A stretch of 37,636 nt of DNA from Nitriliruptoraceae bacterium (lineage in GTDB: Bacteria > Actinomycetota > Nitriliruptoria > Nitriliruptorales > Nitriliruptoraceae): assembly GCA_046541215.1 (NCBI GenBank), contig JBKHDS010000001.1, positions 1 to 37,636 of the forward strand, in the 5' to 3' direction. Positions 18,240 to 30,361 of the stretch are shown piece after piece (within the stretch, counting starts at the first letter, position 1; each line of letters opens with the position of its first letter). Under the pieces are notes generated by a model. The model was not told where the DNA came from. It made no database searches and saw only the letters and a program-made list of their open reading frames with translations. Made by a program: the position numbers and the translations under genes.

Positions 18240-18674
18240 CTACCGCGCGGCACCTGCGACGGACCCAACCAGGGACGCCGAGGGGTCGGTGGCCAGGCAC
18301 AGCGCCTCGCGATCGCCCTCAGCCCACCCCTCGGCGGTCGGGACCAGTGCCGCCGGCCGCAGGTGCGAGTCCTGCGGAGCGGTGCCGACGTAGGCCGTGA
18401 AGGGATCCTCGCAGCTCTCCAACGCCGTCGCCTCGACCTCGGCCTCGGGCACGGCGTCGTCCGGCAGGAGCACGGCGCCGACCATCTCGTAGCGGTGCGG
18501 TTCCTCGCAGGGCACCACGGGGACCGCGGTCAGGGCGCTGTTCGCGGCCGGCTCGTCGAAGCAGTCCCCGACCGCCAGCGCCTCGACCGCTCCCTCCTCC
18601 TGCGATCCACACCCGGCCAGGACGAGCCCGAGCAGCAGGGGCACGGTGACCCGCGCGAGCCGACCGCGCCTCAT
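18240..18674 (-). CDS. lipoprotein with a septum-formation-like Cys-rich domain
   Basis: Signal peptide plus lipobox ([10 protein letters not shown]). GDCFDE...[13 protein letters not shown]...CEDPF...ALC pattern. The ATG overlaps the gyrA stop (ATGA). Confidence 0.7.
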   Translation of the reverse strand: MRRGRLARVTVPLLLGLVLAGCGSQEEGAVEALAVGDCFDEPAANSALTAVPVVPCEEPHRYEMVGAVLLPDDAVPEAEVEATALESCEDPFTAYVGTAPQDSHLRPAALVPTAEGWAEGDREALCLATDPSASLVGSVAGAAR

Positions 18675-21310
18675 CCCTCGACCTCCAGCTCGGCGTCGTC
18701 GTCGTCGACGAGCAGGGCGACGCCGACGACCCGCGCGCCGTCACCGGGTCGCATCAACGAGACCCCCTGGGTCGCTCGCTGCAACGGCCGGACGTTGCCG
18801 ATGGCCATCCGGATCACCGTGCCGGTGTCGCTGATGAGCAGGATCTCCGCCTCGAGGGGGACGACGAGCGCCCCGACCAGCCCACCGCGCCGAGCGGAGA
18901 GCTCGACGGTCTTGACGCCCTTGCCACCGCGCTGCTGCGTCTTGTACTCGGTGAGCACCGTGCGCTTGCCGTACCCCTGCTCGGTCACCACGAGCAGGTA
19001 GTGGGTCTTGTCAGCACCGGGTGGCAGGGGTGCCATCGCGAGCACCGCGTCGTCGGCCCCGATGCGCATCCCGAGCACCCCGGCCGCGGTGCGTCCCATC
19101 GCGCGGGCGTCGGTCTCCGCGAAACGGATGGCGTTGCCTGCCCGGGAGACGAGCATCACGTCCTGGGTGCCGTCGGTGACCGCCACCGAGATCAGCTCGT
19201 CGCCTGCGTTGAGGGAGATGGCGATGAGCACCGATCGGGGGGAGTCGAACTCGTCCAGGCGGGTGCGCTTCACGCGTCCGCTGCGGGTCGCGAAGACGAG
19301 GAAGCGGTCATCGGTGAAGGTCTGGAGCGAGAGCAGCGCGGCGACGGTCTCGCCCGGCTCGAGCGCGAGGCCAGGGACGTTCGCGACGTACACCCCTTTG
19401 GCCGAGCGGGCCTTCTCCGGGACCTGGTAGGCCTTGATGCGGTAGACCCGGCCCCGGTTGGTGAACACCAGCAGGTGGTCGTGGGTCGAGCACGTCAGGA
19501 GGGAGGCGACGATGTCGTCCTCCTTCATGTCCGTCCCCCGCACCCCGCGGCCGCCACGCCGCTGGGTCCGGAACGCGTCGAGCGGGGTGCGCTTGATGTA
19601 GCCGGCCCGTGTCAGGGTGATGACGACGTCGGTGACGGGGATGAGGTCCTCGACGGTCATGGCCCCGTCATCGGGGACGATGTGGCTGCGGCGCTCGTCG
19701 GCGAACCGTGCGCGCACCTCGGTGAGCTCGTCGATGATGATCGCCCGCACCCGCGCGGGGTCGGCGAGGATGGCCTGCAGCTCGCTGATGAGGCGCTGGA
19801 GATCGTCGTACTCGTCCTGGATGCGCTGCCGCTCGAGCTGAGCGAGCCGTCGCAGCTGCATGTCGAGGATGGCCTGGGCCTGGATCTCCGTGAGCGAGAA
19901 CCGGGCCATCAGCTCGGACTTGGCGGTGTCCGCCGAGGCGCTGGCCCGGATCAGGGCGATGATCTCGTCGATGTGGTCGAGGGCGACGAGCAGCCCCTCG
20001 AGCACGTGCGCCCGCTCCTCGGCCTTGCGCAGCCGGTAGCGGGTCCGCCGGGTGATGACGTCCACCTGGTGGTCGATGTAGTGCCGCAGCGCCTGGTCGA
20101 GGGTGAGGGTCCGGGGCACGCCGTCGACCAGCGCGAGGAGGTTGACGCCGAAGGTGTCCTGCAGCGGGGTGTGCTTGTAGAGCTGGTTGAGGACGACCTG
20201 CGCGTTCGCGTCGCGCTTGAGGTCGATGACGATCCGCATGCCCTCGCGGGAGGACTCGTCGCGCAGGTCGGCGATGCCGGTCAGCGTCTTGGCGTTGACC
20301 AGCTCGGCGATCCGCTTGAGCAGGTTCGCCTTGTTGACCATGTAGGGGATCTCGGTGACGATGATCCGCTCACGGTCCCGGCCCCGCTCCGGCTCCTCGA
20401 TGGTGCACACCGCGCGGACCTTGATCGAGCCGCGCCCGGTCGTGTACGCCTCGTAGGTTCCGGCGTTGCCGAGGATGAGACCGCCGGTGGGGAAGTCCGG
20501 CCCCGGTACGTAGGCCATCAGGTCCACGGCGGTCAGCGACGGGTCCTCGATCAGGGCGATGGTGGCGTCGATCAGCTCGCCGAGGTTGTGGGGCGGGATG
20601 TTCGTCGCCATCCCGACCGCGATGCCCGTCGCGCCGTTGGCGAGGAGGTTCGGGAACCGGGCCGGCAGGACGACCGGCTCCTCCTCGTAGCCGTCGTAGT
20701 TGGGGACGTGGTCGACGGTCTCCTCGTCGATGTCGCGCAGCAGCTCCATCGCGAGCCGGGACAGACGCGACTCGGTGTAGCGCATCGCTGCCGCAGGGTC
20801 GCCGTCCACGGACCCGAAGTTGCCGTGCCCATCGATGAGCTCGTAGCGGGAGGAGAAGTCCTGGCCCATCCGCACCAGCGCGTCGTAGATGGCCGAGTCC
20901 CCGTGCGGGTGGTACTTCTTCATGACGTCGCCGACCGCCGACGCGCACTTGCGGTAGGGGCGGTCGGGACGCAGCCCGGTCTCGTCCATCGAGTACAGGA
21001 TCCGACGGTGGACGGGCTTGAGGCCGTCGCGCACGTCCGGCAGCGCCCGACCCACGATCACGCTCATGGCGTAGTCGAGGTAGCTCGTGCGCATCTCGTC
21101 CTGGATGACGACGGGCTCGACGCGCGCGGCGAGCACCCCGCCGGTCTCGTCCACCGGGGTGCCGTCCGCGGCCCGGACGACGGGGTCACCCGGGGTGGCT
21201 TCCCGGGTACCACCGGCGACCGGGGTGCCCGCGACCAGGGGGGTCGACTCCTCGGGCGGGGTACCCGGCTCCTCGGGTGGGGTGGGTGGGGGGGTGGTCT
21301 CGTCAGCCAC
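18671..21310 (-). CDS. gyrA: DNA gyrase subunit A
   Basis: [42 protein letters not shown], the active-site Tyr region AAMRYTE, and C-terminal beta-pinwheel repeats. The start is provisionally GTG 21310, which gives a Pro/Thr/Glu-rich extension of about 63 aa. In-frame GTGs at 21154 and 21136 are alternatives. The track start at 21502 is rejected because it overlaps the upstream small gene. Confidence 0.92.
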   Translation of the reverse strand: MADETTPPPTPPEEPGTPPEESTPLVAGTPVAGGTREATPGDPVVRAADGTPVDETGGVLAARVEPVVIQDEMRTSYLDYAMSVIVGRALPDVRDGLKPVHRRILYSMDETGLRPDRPYRKCASAVGDVMKKYHPHGDSAIYDALVRMGQDFSSRYELIDGHGNFGSVDGDPAAAMRYTESRLSRLAMELLRDIDEETVDHVPNYDGYEEEPVVLPARFPNLLANGATGIAVGMATNIPPHNLGELIDATIALIEDPSLTAVDLMAYVPGPDFPTGGLILGNAGTYEAYTTGRGSIKVRAVCTIEEPERGRDRERIIVTEIPYMVNKANLLKRIAELVNAKTLTGIADLRDESSREGMRIVIDLKRDANAQVVLNQLYKHTPLQDTFGVNLLALVDGVPRTLTLDQALRHYIDHQVDVITRRTRYRLRKAEERAHVLEGLLVALDHIDEIIALIRASASADTAKSELMARFSLTEIQAQAILDMQLRRLAQLERQRIQDEYDDLQRLISELQAILADPARVRAIIIDELTEVRARFADERRSHIVPDDGAMTVEDLIPVTDVVITLTRAGYIKRTPLDAFRTQRRGGRGVRGTDMKEDDIVASLLTCSTHDHLLVFTNRGRVYRIKAYQVPEKARSAKGVYVANVPGLALEPGETVAALLSLQTFTDDRFLVFATRSGRVKRTRLDEFDSPRSVLIAISLNAGDELISVAVTDGTQDVMLVSRAGNAIRFAETDARAMGRTAAGVLGMRIGADDAVLAMAPLPPGADKTHYLLVVTEQGYGKRTVLTEYKTQQRGGKGVKTVELSARRGGLVGALVVPLEAEILLISDTGTVIRMAIGNVRPLQRATQGVSLMRPGDGARVVGVALLVDDDDAELEVEG

Positions 21311-21611
21311 GGGTGGCTCCGGGGTCGTCGTCGGTCCGCGTGCCGTCACCGGCGTCGCGGGGGTCGGTGGTGTCGGGCCCGTCCTCGGCCTCGTCGGTGC
21401 GGTGGTCGGCGAGGTGGGCGGTCCCCTCGGTCGGGTGGAAGGTCTCGGCTCGCCGGCCGGCACCGAGCAGGAGCCCGCCGCTGAGCAGCCCGACCACGGC
21501 ACCGCTGATCACCGAGCCAGGGGTCGGGAAGCCCAGGAACACCCCGAGGCCGGCGACGGTCACGAACCCGAGCAGGGCCGCGACGAGGGCGGCACGGAGG
21601 GTGCGATCCAT
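21303..21611 (-). CDS. small membrane protein (2 TM helices plus an acidic C-terminal tail), hypothetical
   Basis: ATG at 21611 overlaps the stop of the preceding gene (TGATG). Sequence: [22 protein letters not shown] and [19 protein letters not shown] (glycine-zipper-like), then a D/E/T-rich tail. It is the downstream part of track ORF 21303..21806. Confidence 0.55.
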   Translation of the reverse strand: MDRTLRAALVAALLGFVTVAGLGVFLGFPTPGSVISGAVVGLLSGGLLLGAGRRAETFHPTEGTAHLADHRTDEAEDGPDTTDPRDAGDGTRTDDDPGATRG

Positions 21612-22060
21612 CAACGGTCCTCCTCGCGCGTGGCGCGGTCGATGCGGCGCCGGCGGGCGATCATCGTCAGCAGCAGAGCGGTCCCGGGTACCCCGGCGAC
21701 CAGGACGAGAAGCAGGACGTCGGAGAGCCGTCCGGGGGCGGCCAGCAGCTCGGGCGCGATCGCCGCGGCGGTGACCACGAGCGCGAGCAGGCCGAGGACG
21801 AGCCACAGCAGCGCCCGGGCGATCGAACCCTGCTCGCCCTCGCTTTCACCATCAGCGTCACCGCCATCCCGACGGTCGGACGCACCCCGACCGTCGTCGA
21901 AGAGCAGCCCGAGGACCACGCCGAGCGCGAGGCCACCGACGAACCCGAGCGCACGCAGGTCCACGAGCCGTCCCACCAGCACGCCGAGCAGCATCCCGAG
22001 CACGAGACCGAAGGCCAGCCCGCTCCCGGGCGGCCAGCCGGCCAGGGGGCGGCGACGCAC
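21611..22060 (-). CDS. small membrane protein (4 predicted TM helices with a central acidic loop), hypothetical
   Basis: GTG at 22060 lies 1 nt after the gyrB stop (TGAGGTG). On hand inspection nearly every codon ends in G or C, as in the flanking real genes. TM segments: GLAFGLVLGMLLGVLVG, LGFVGGLALGVVLGLLF, ALLWLVLGLLALVVTAAAIA, VLLLVLVAGVPGTALLLTMIA. Loop: DDGRGASDRRDGGDADGESEGEQ. Confidence 0.6.
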   Translation of the reverse strand: MRRRPLAGWPPGSGLAFGLVLGMLLGVLVGRLVDLRALGFVGGLALGVVLGLLFDDGRGASDRRDGGDADGESEGEQGSIARALLWLVLGLLALVVTAAAIAPELLAAPGRLSDVLLLVLVAGVPGTALLLTMIARRRRIDRATREEDR

Positions 22061-22061
22061 C

Positions 22062-24308
<2,247 letters not shown>

Positions 24309-24995
24309 TCACTCGGTGAGGGCGAGGTTCGCGGTGTCGGTGAAGGCGGTGGGGTCGAGCATCCCCGAGCTTCGGAACACGACCTCGCCATCCTCGTTGA
24401 CCACGACCCAGGTCGGCGTCGCGACGGCGCCGTAGGCACGGAAGATGTCGCTCGTGGCGCTGTCAGCGATGATCGTGCCGTCGTAGCCGGCCTCGTCGAA
24501 CCACTCGGTCGGGGGCCAGTTCGTCCGCTCGGCTGCGAACTGGGTGGACACGGCGACGAACTCGACCCCGTCGGGCAGGCCGTCCGACTCGAGCCAGCTC
24601 ACGATCTGGGGCAGCTCCGCGTCGCAGGCCGGGCACCAGGAGGCCAGGAACGAGATCATCTGCGCCCCGTCACCGAGCGTGACCGGCGTACCGTCGAAGT
24701 CCTCGCCGGTGACGACCGGTGCGGCCTGGCCCAGCGCTGGATCCTCACCCTCCTCGGGGAGCGGTGGCAGCGGGTCACCCTCGATCTGAGGGTCACCGGC
24801 GATGCTGTCGACGGTGATGAGCTCCCGCTCGCTGGTCTCCCCGACCGACAGCACCGCGATACCGACCGCGACGACCAGCACGACCGCGCCGACCGCCGCG
24901 TAGATCAGCCGTTGCTTGCGTGCCTGGACCTGCTGCTGCTCCTCACGCTCACGGCGGCGGGCTTCAGCGCGGGCGCTCTTGGAGGGTGCGTTCAC
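24309..24995 (-). CDS. membrane-anchored thioredoxin-fold thiol-disulfide oxidoreductase (TlpA/ResA-like)
   Basis: GTG start with a GAGG SD. N-terminal TM anchor, then FLASWCPACDAELPQ (CxxC active site) and ATPTWVVV (cis-Pro loop region). Confidence 0.85.
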   Translation of the reverse strand: MNAPSKSARAEARRREREEQQQVQARKQRLIYAAVGAVVLVVAVGIAVLSVGETSERELITVDSIAGDPQIEGDPLPPLPEEGEDPALGQAAPVVTGEDFDGTPVTLGDGAQMISFLASWCPACDAELPQIVSWLESDGLPDGVEFVAVSTQFAAERTNWPPTEWFDEAGYDGTIIADSATSDIFRAYGAVATPTWVVVNEDGEVVFRSSGMLDPTAFTDTANLALTE

Positions 24996-25052
24996 GGTGA
25001 CCTCGAGATGATGCGAGGAGGACGGTGCGGATCGGCCGCAGAGGGTACGTCG

Positions 25053-25559
25053 CTACGAGGGTCGCCGCGCCACGTAGGTCAGCAGGCTGATCGAGGTGAA
25101 GGCGATCAGCGCCATGGTCGGCAGGGTGAGGAAGCCGAACTCCTGCACCCACAGCACCGTGCAGGGGGCGGCCTCGTCGCAGGGGCCACCCCAGCCGGGG
25201 TTCTGCTCGAGCAGGATGTGCCAGATCGAGACCGCACCGCCGAGACCCGCCAGCGGTAGGACCGTGCGCCACACCTCTCGATCCCCGCGTGCGATCGCCA
25301 CCCCGAGGACGACCACGAGCGGGTACATGGCGATGCGCTGGTACCAGCACAGCTCGCAGGGTGGGTAGCCCGCCACCTCCGACAGCAGCAGCGACCCGAA
25401 GGTGGTGACCGTGGCGATCGCGAGCGCGAGCGGCAGGGCGACCTCGTCCCGGAGCCAGGTCGGGACCCGGCGCGTCAGCAGCGCCACGGCCGTCGCGATG
25501 GCGATGGCGATGGCGAGCAGGGCCAGCAACCCGAAGGTCCGCTCAGCGATGGCGATCAC
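25053..25559 (-). CDS. disulfide bond formation protein, DsbB/BdbC family
   Basis: Four TM helices. First-loop motif PPCELCWYQRIAMYP and second-loop Cys pair GGPCDEAAPC. The GTG start forms a GTGA overlap with the stop of the DUF721 gene. Confidence 0.8.
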   Translation of the reverse strand: MIAIAERTFGLLALLAIAIAIATAVALLTRRVPTWLRDEVALPLALAIATVTTFGSLLLSEVAGYPPCELCWYQRIAMYPLVVVLGVAIARGDREVWRTVLPLAGLGGAVSIWHILLEQNPGWGGPCDEAAPCTVLWVQEFGFLTLPTMALIAFTSISLLTYVARRPS

Positions 25560-26056
25560 GTCGGTTCCTCTCCACGCCGCAGCGGCCCCACGACCAGCCG
25601 GATGGTACGGACCGCATCGGGGCCGAGCACCTCGCTCGCGTTGCGCAGCAGAGCCGGGGTCAGGTAGCGCAGTTGGGTGGCCCAGGCGTTGCTCTCGGCA
25701 CGGATGGTCAGGACCCCACCGGCGACGCGGACGGGTTCACAGCGCGCGGCGAGGTCCGCCCCGACGATCGACTCCCAGGCGCGGAACACCTGCCCGGCGC
25801 GCAGCCGCTCCCCCCACCCCCGTGAGGCGACGTAGCCCGCGAGGGCATCCCCGAGGGGGCTGGGTGCCCGGACCCGATGGACCGCGTCGCTGTCGTCATC
25901 CGCGGCGACCCACCCATCCGCGTCGGGAGGTGCCGGATCGAAGGTGGCGCGTTCCTGATCGGCCCGTCGTCGCGCCGCCCCCCGGCGACGGCGCTCGTAG
26001 TACCGCTCGTCCCGGTCGAGATTGCGCGCTCGGCGGGGGTCACCCCGATCAACCAT
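25556..26056 (-). CDS. DUF721 domain protein (DciA-like; position equivalent to the gene after recF in mycobacteria)
   Basis: C-terminal block [53 protein letters not shown] matches the DUF721 pattern. The ATG overlaps the recF 3' end by 8 nt. Confidence 0.8.
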   Translation of the reverse strand: MVDRGDPRRARNLDRDERYYERRRRGAARRRADQERATFDPAPPDADGWVAADDDSDAVHRVRAPSPLGDALAGYVASRGWGERLRAGQVFRAWESIVGADLAARCEPVRVAGGVLTIRAESNAWATQLRYLTPALLRNASEVLGPDAVRTIRLVVGPLRRGEEPT

Positions 26057-27227
26057 CGTCCGCCTCCGCGCGCACGTGCAGGGAGCTCACCCCCTCGCGG
26101 AGCCGGACCTCCACGCGCCGACCGGCGAGGGGCACGTCCTCCTCCACGGCCGCGGTGACCAGCACCTGGTCGAAGCGCTGACAGGCCGCGGCGAGCTTGC
26201 GACGCCGGGCCGTGTCGAGCTCCGCGAACACGTCGTCGAGCAGGACGATGGGGCGATCTCCGACCTCAGCGAGGACCTCGAAGGTGGCGAGCTTCAGCGC
26301 GAGCGCGAGCGACCATGCCTCCCCGTGCGAGGCGTAGCCCTTGGCCGGCAGCGCGCCGATGGTGAGCTCCAGGTCGTCCCGGTGCGGTCCGACGAGCGTC
26401 ACCCCACGGGCGCGCTCGTCCGCGGCGACCGCAGCGAAGGCCGCCCGCAGGACCTCAGCGATCGGCCCGACCGCAGGGACCGTGCCACCATCGGGCGCGG
26501 CCAGCCGGTCGAGCTCCTCGCCGGCGGCGGTCCGCAGGGTCAGCCCGATCGGTTCCGGTCGGTCGGCGAGCTCGCGGTAGAAGCGGTCCGTCGGTTCGGC
26601 GAGGCTCCTCAGGGCCGCGATGCGGGCCGCGACCACCTGGGTGCCGAGCGTGACGAGCTGCTCCGTCCATGCCTCGAGGGTGCTCTCGGCCGCCTGCGCT
26701 CCCGCACCCTGCAGGCCCCGGGAGCGCTTCAGGAGCAGGTTGCGCTGGCGCAGCGCGCGGTCGTAGTCCGCTCGCGCTGCAGCGTAGGCGGGGCGGCGCT
26801 GCGCGAGCAGCTCGTCGAGGTAGCGCCGCCGGGCCGCGGGCTCGCCCCGGACGATCGCGAGATCCTCGGGGGCGAACATCACCACCCGGAGGACGCCGAG
26901 GGCGTCGGCGGCGCGCCGGACGTCCTGCCCATCGACCCGGCTGCGGGTACGCCGTCCCGTCCCGAGCTCGACCTCCAGGCGGCGCTGACGTCCGGTATCG
27001 GTGGTGACCTGGCACCGGATGACGCCGAGCTCCGCGCCGACGCGGATGAGCGGGCCGTCCCCCGGCACCCGGTGCGAGCCACCGGTCGCCACCCGGTGGA
27101 CCGCCTCGAGCAGGTTGGTCTTGCCCTGGGCGTTGGGGCCGACGAGCACCGTCACCCCGGCATCGAGGTCGAGCTGAGCCGACGGGTAGGAGCGCACATC
27201 GAGCACCTCGAGGCGCTGCAGGAGCAT
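26049..27227 (-). CDS. recF: DNA replication/repair protein RecF
   Basis: Walker A GPNAQGKTNLLEA, SMC-like signature region and Walker B LLDDVFAELD. Starts 4 nt after the dnaN stop. Confidence 0.92.
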   Translation of the reverse strand: MLLQRLEVLDVRSYPSAQLDLDAGVTVLVGPNAQGKTNLLEAVHRVATGGSHRVPGDGPLIRVGAELGVIRCQVTTDTGRQRRLEVELGTGRRTRSRVDGQDVRRAADALGVLRVVMFAPEDLAIVRGEPAARRRYLDELLAQRRPAYAAARADYDRALRQRNLLLKRSRGLQGAGAQAAESTLEAWTEQLVTLGTQVVAARIAALRSLAEPTDRFYRELADRPEPIGLTLRTAAGEELDRLAAPDGGTVPAVGPIAEVLRAAFAAVAADERARGVTLVGPHRDDLELTIGALPAKGYASHGEAWSLALALKLATFEVLAEVGDRPIVLLDDVFAELDTARRRKLAAACQRFDQVLVTAAVEEDVPLAGRRVEVRLREGVSSLHVRAEADDG

Positions 27228-27231
27228 CGGG

Positions 27232-28350
27232 TCAGCTCACCCGCATGGGCATCAGCAGGTAGGTCAGGTCGTCGACCCGCTGTCCGTCCTCGCTCGCCAC
27301 GGGCCGCAGGACCGCAGGCTTGAGCCCGTCGCGCAGCTCGATACGGATGCGCTCGGTCCCGGTGGCCTCCAGACCGGCCAGCAGGAACTGCGGGTTGAAG
27401 GAGATCGACAGGCCCTCGCCCTCGATCTCGGCCGGCAGCGCCTCGGCCGCGTCACCCATCTCCTGGTTGGTCGCCTGCAGGTCGACCGAGCCGTCACCGA
27501 AGTGGAGCGTCACCGGCGTGTTGGCCTGGCCCATGGCGACGATCGCGACCCGCTGGAGGGCCTCGATGAGCGCCGGTCGATCAACGACCACCACCGTCTC
27601 GTGGCTGTCCGGCAGGAGCGCGCGGTAGTTGGGGAACGACCCCTCGATCAGCTTCGTGGTCAGGCGCCGGTCGCCGAACAGGAACGAGACCTGGCCCTCC
27701 TCCAGCACGACGGTGACTGCACCGCCCGCCTCGCCGGCAGCCTTCGCGGCCTCCTGCATCGACCGAGCCGGGACCAGGGCCACCCCTTCGACGGCCTCGT
27801 CGAAGGCGATCGACCGCACGGCCAACCGGTAGCTGTCGGTCGCGGCAGCCGTGAGCACCCCGTCGGCGGCGTCGAGCTGGACCCCGGTCAGCACGGGTCG
27901 CCCGTCGTCGGTCGAGGCCGCACGGGCGACCTGCGCCACCAGGCGCGCGAAACCATCGGCCTTGAGCACCCCGGTCGGGGCGTCCTCGGCGGGAGGCGCG
28001 AGCGTCGGGAAGTCCTCCACCTGCATGCCGTGGACGTGGAAGGTCGCACGCCCGCAGGTGATCTCCACCCGGTCGGCATCGCCTTCGAGCTTCACCGGTG
28101 CGTTCGGGAACCGGGCCACCAGCTGCGCCAGCAACCGGCCTGGGAGCAGCACGCGGCCGGGCTCCTCGATCTCGACCGGGATCGAGATCTCCGCGGCGAC
28201 CTCGAGGTCGGTGGCGCGACAGGTCAGACGGCCGTCGCTGGCCTCCAGGAGCACGCCGGAGAGGGCGGGCAGGGTGACCCGCGCCCCGACCGTCCGGGTC
28301 GCCCAGGACACGGCGTCCGCGAACTCCGACCGCTCTGCTCTCAGCTTCAC
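27232..28350 (-). CDS. dnaN: DNA polymerase III beta sliding clamp
   Basis: VKLRAERSEFADAVSWATR...PALSGVLLEA... with three-domain clamp length. The start is placed at GTG 28350 (AGGAGG 6 nt upstream) rather than the track start at 28380. Confidence 0.92.
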   Translation of the reverse strand: MKLRAERSEFADAVSWATRTVGARVTLPALSGVLLEASDGRLTCRATDLEVAAEISIPVEIEEPGRVLLPGRLLAQLVARFPNAPVKLEGDADRVEITCGRATFHVHGMQVEDFPTLAPPAEDAPTGVLKADGFARLVAQVARAASTDDGRPVLTGVQLDAADGVLTAAATDSYRLAVRSIAFDEAVEGVALVPARSMQEAAKAAGEAGGAVTVVLEEGQVSFLFGDRRLTTKLIEGSFPNYRALLPDSHETVVVVDRPALIEALQRVAIVAMGQANTPVTLHFGDGSVDLQATNQEMGDAAEALPAEIEGEGLSISFNPQFLLAGLEATGTERIRIELRDGLKPAVLRPVASEDGQRVDDLTYLLMPMRVS

Positions 28351-28614
28351 GATGCGCCTCCTGGGCGGCTCGGTCCACACCCCCGGAGGAAGACCGTTCC
28401 TTCCTCCTCGTTCCTCGTCACCGTAGTAGGGGGTGTGGAGATGGTGGACAACCGGTCTTCTCCCAGGTCAGCCAGGGTCCGCTCGGTGTGGAGGGGGTGT
28501 GTGCTCGCCTGCGCCCCACCCACAGGGCGGAGAACCACACCGATGTGCTTCCACCGGTTCACCCGGACGTCCCCGGGATGTCCCCGTCCCGTCCACAGGG
28601 CTGGAGGTGGTGGC
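28351..28614. promoter_or_regulatory. dnaA-dnaN intergenic region with multiple DnaA-box-like 9-mers (candidate oriC)
   Basis: Box-like sites: CGGTCCACA at 28371-28379; ATCTCCACA (reverse complement of 28434-28442) abutting TTGTCCACC (reverse complement of 28443-28451); CCCTCCACA (reverse complement of 28487-28495); CCGTCCACA at 28589-28597. The pyrimidine tract GTTCCTTCCTCCTCGTTCCTCGTC (28395-28418) is the least GC-rich part. Confidence 0.55.
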
Positions 28615-30222
28615 TCATGCGGTGCGGGCCCGCGTCTTGACGCGGTTGGTGAGCTCCTGCACCTGGTCGTAGATGGCCCGGCGCTCCTGCATGAGGGCCG
28701 CGATCTTCTTCGTCGCGTGCATGACCGTGGTGTGGTCACGGCCGCCGAAGGCCTTGCCGATGCGGGGCAGCGAGAGCTCGGTGAGCTCCCGTGTCAGGTA
28801 CATGGCCAGCTGCCGGGCGGTCACGAGCTGGCGGCTCCGCGACGGGGAGCAGAGGTCCTCGACGGTGAGCGCGAAGTGGTCCGCGACCTCCTCCATGATC
28901 AACTGCACGGAGATCTCACGATTGCGCCCGTCCGGGAAGAGGTCCTTGAGCACGGCCTCGGCCATGGCGGTGTCGGCGGGCGCACGCTGCAGGCTGGAGA
29001 AGGCCGCGACGCGGATCAGCGCTCCCTCAAGCTCCCGGATGTTGGACTGCACGCGTGAGGCGATCAGCTCGAGCACCTCCGGGGTCACCTGCAGCGCATC
29101 GGTCTCCGACTTCTTGCGCAGGATCGCGATGCGGGTCTCGAGGTCCGGCGGCTGCACGTCGGTCATCAGGCCCCACTCGAAGCGGCTGCGCAGGCGATCC
29201 TCGAGGTGGGCGATCTGCTTGGGTGGCCGGTCGCTGGAGATGACGATCTGCTTCTCGGCGTTGTGCAGCGCGTTGAAGGTGTGGAAGAACTCCTCCTGGG
29301 TCCGCTCCTTCTGCTGCAGGAACTGGATGTCATCGACCAGCAGCACGTCCGCTTGACGGTAGGTGCGTTGGAACGCGGTGATGCGGTCGTCGCGGATGGC
29401 GTTGATGAACTCGTTCGTGAACTGCTCGGTGGTGATGTAGCGGACCTTGAGCCGGGGGTAGAGGTTGCGGACGTAGTGACCGATCGCGTGCAGCAGGTGG
29501 GTCTTGCCGAGCCCGGCACCGCCGTAGATGAACAGCGGGTTGTAGGACTTCGCCGGGGCTTCGGCCACCGCGGTGGCCGCCGCGTGCGCGAACCGGTTGG
29601 ACGATCCGATGACGAAGTCGTCGAAGGAGTACTTGGGGTTGAGCTGGGTGTCCGGCTCAACCTCCTCCTCGTGACGGCGCGGGCGTGCGGGCAGCTCCAC
29701 GGTCGGACCGTCGGGGCGACCCGGTGCGTGTAGCGGGAGGCGTTCCTGCTCGATCCGCTCGTCGCGCACGGCTCCGCCCTCGGCGGGGGCCCATGCCGCG
29801 ACCGCCGGCGGGTCGTCGAGGTGCCCGAACGGTGCGGGAGGCAGCCGGTCGAGTGAGGCTTCTTGACCGTTGGACGTCGGAGACGGGTCGTCCGGTGGGG
29901 TCAGGGGCGCCTGCGCTGCCGAGCCGGCGCCGGCCGTCGGCCCATCCACGGGCGCGGGGTGGGTCTGGACGGTGATGACGACCGCGAGGTCACGACCCGC
30001 CGCGGCGCTCAACGCCGCTCGCAGGGCGGCCCCGCAGTGCCGCTCGAGCCACTCGCGGGCGAAGGAGTGCGGGCTGGCCACGACGATCGTGTCGTTGCTG
30101 AACCCGACCGGGTGCGTCGCGGCGAGCCACTGGCGCTGCGCCGGCGAGCTGACCTCCCGCATCACCTGCGCGAGGCTCGCCGTCCACAGGCTGTCGAGAT
30201 CCAGGGTCGATGCGCTGGTCAC
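28615..30222 (-). CDS. dnaA: chromosomal replication initiator DnaA
   Basis: N-terminal domain I, Pro-rich linker, AAA+ Walker [14 protein letters not shown], Walker B LLVDDIQF, and the C-terminal DNA-binding domain ([11 protein letters not shown]). Confidence 0.95.
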   Translation of the reverse strand: MTSASTLDLDSLWTASLAQVMREVSSPAQRQWLAATHPVGFSNDTIVVASPHSFAREWLERHCGAALRAALSAAAGRDLAVVITVQTHPAPVDGPTAGAGSAAQAPLTPPDDPSPTSNGQEASLDRLPPAPFGHLDDPPAVAAWAPAEGGAVRDERIEQERLPLHAPGRPDGPTVELPARPRRHEEEVEPDTQLNPKYSFDDFVIGSSNRFAHAAATAVAEAPAKSYNPLFIYGGAGLGKTHLLHAIGHYVRNLYPRLKVRYITTEQFTNEFINAIRDDRITAFQRTYRQADVLLVDDIQFLQQKERTQEEFFHTFNALHNAEKQIVISSDRPPKQIAHLEDRLRSRFEWGLMTDVQPPDLETRIAILRKKSETDALQVTPEVLELIASRVQSNIRELEGALIRVAAFSSLQRAPADTAMAEAVLKDLFPDGRNREISVQLIMEEVADHFALTVEDLCSPSRSRQLVTARQLAMYLTRELTELSLPRIGKAFGGRDHTTVMHATKKIAALMQERRAIYDQVQELTNRVKTRARTA

Positions 30223-30329
30223 GCTTGCTCCTTACCTCACCGATCGGGATCCGAGGGTGGCATGACCGAGGGATCCCGGGGCTTGCTCGCGTGGGTGGTC
30301 CTACCAGTTCTCCCGCGACCCCCGAGCCA

Positions 30330-30361
30330 TCTTCCACAGCACCATCCACAGCTGTGGACAC
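30330..30361. promoter_or_regulatory. three clustered DnaA boxes upstream of dnaA (autoregulation / second box cluster)
   Basis: TCTTCCACA at 30330-30338, CCATCCACA at 30342-30350, and GTGTCCACA (reverse complement of 30353-30361). Confidence 0.55.

Noticed and set aside
19001-21484. 827-aa plus-strand ORF
   Set aside because: It lies entirely antisense to gyrA. The Arg/Gly/Asp/Val-rich low-information composition is typical of off-frame ORFs in high-GC DNA. gyrA on the other strand has unmistakable conserved motifs.
28351-28380. Track start (GTG 28380) for dnaN, giving MWTEPPRRRIV before the conserved N-terminus
   Set aside because: GTG 28350 is preceded by AGGAGG at ideal spacing and yields the canonical V/M-K-L/F-R-x-E-R start of sliding clamps. 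The extension would also run into a DnaA-box-like site.
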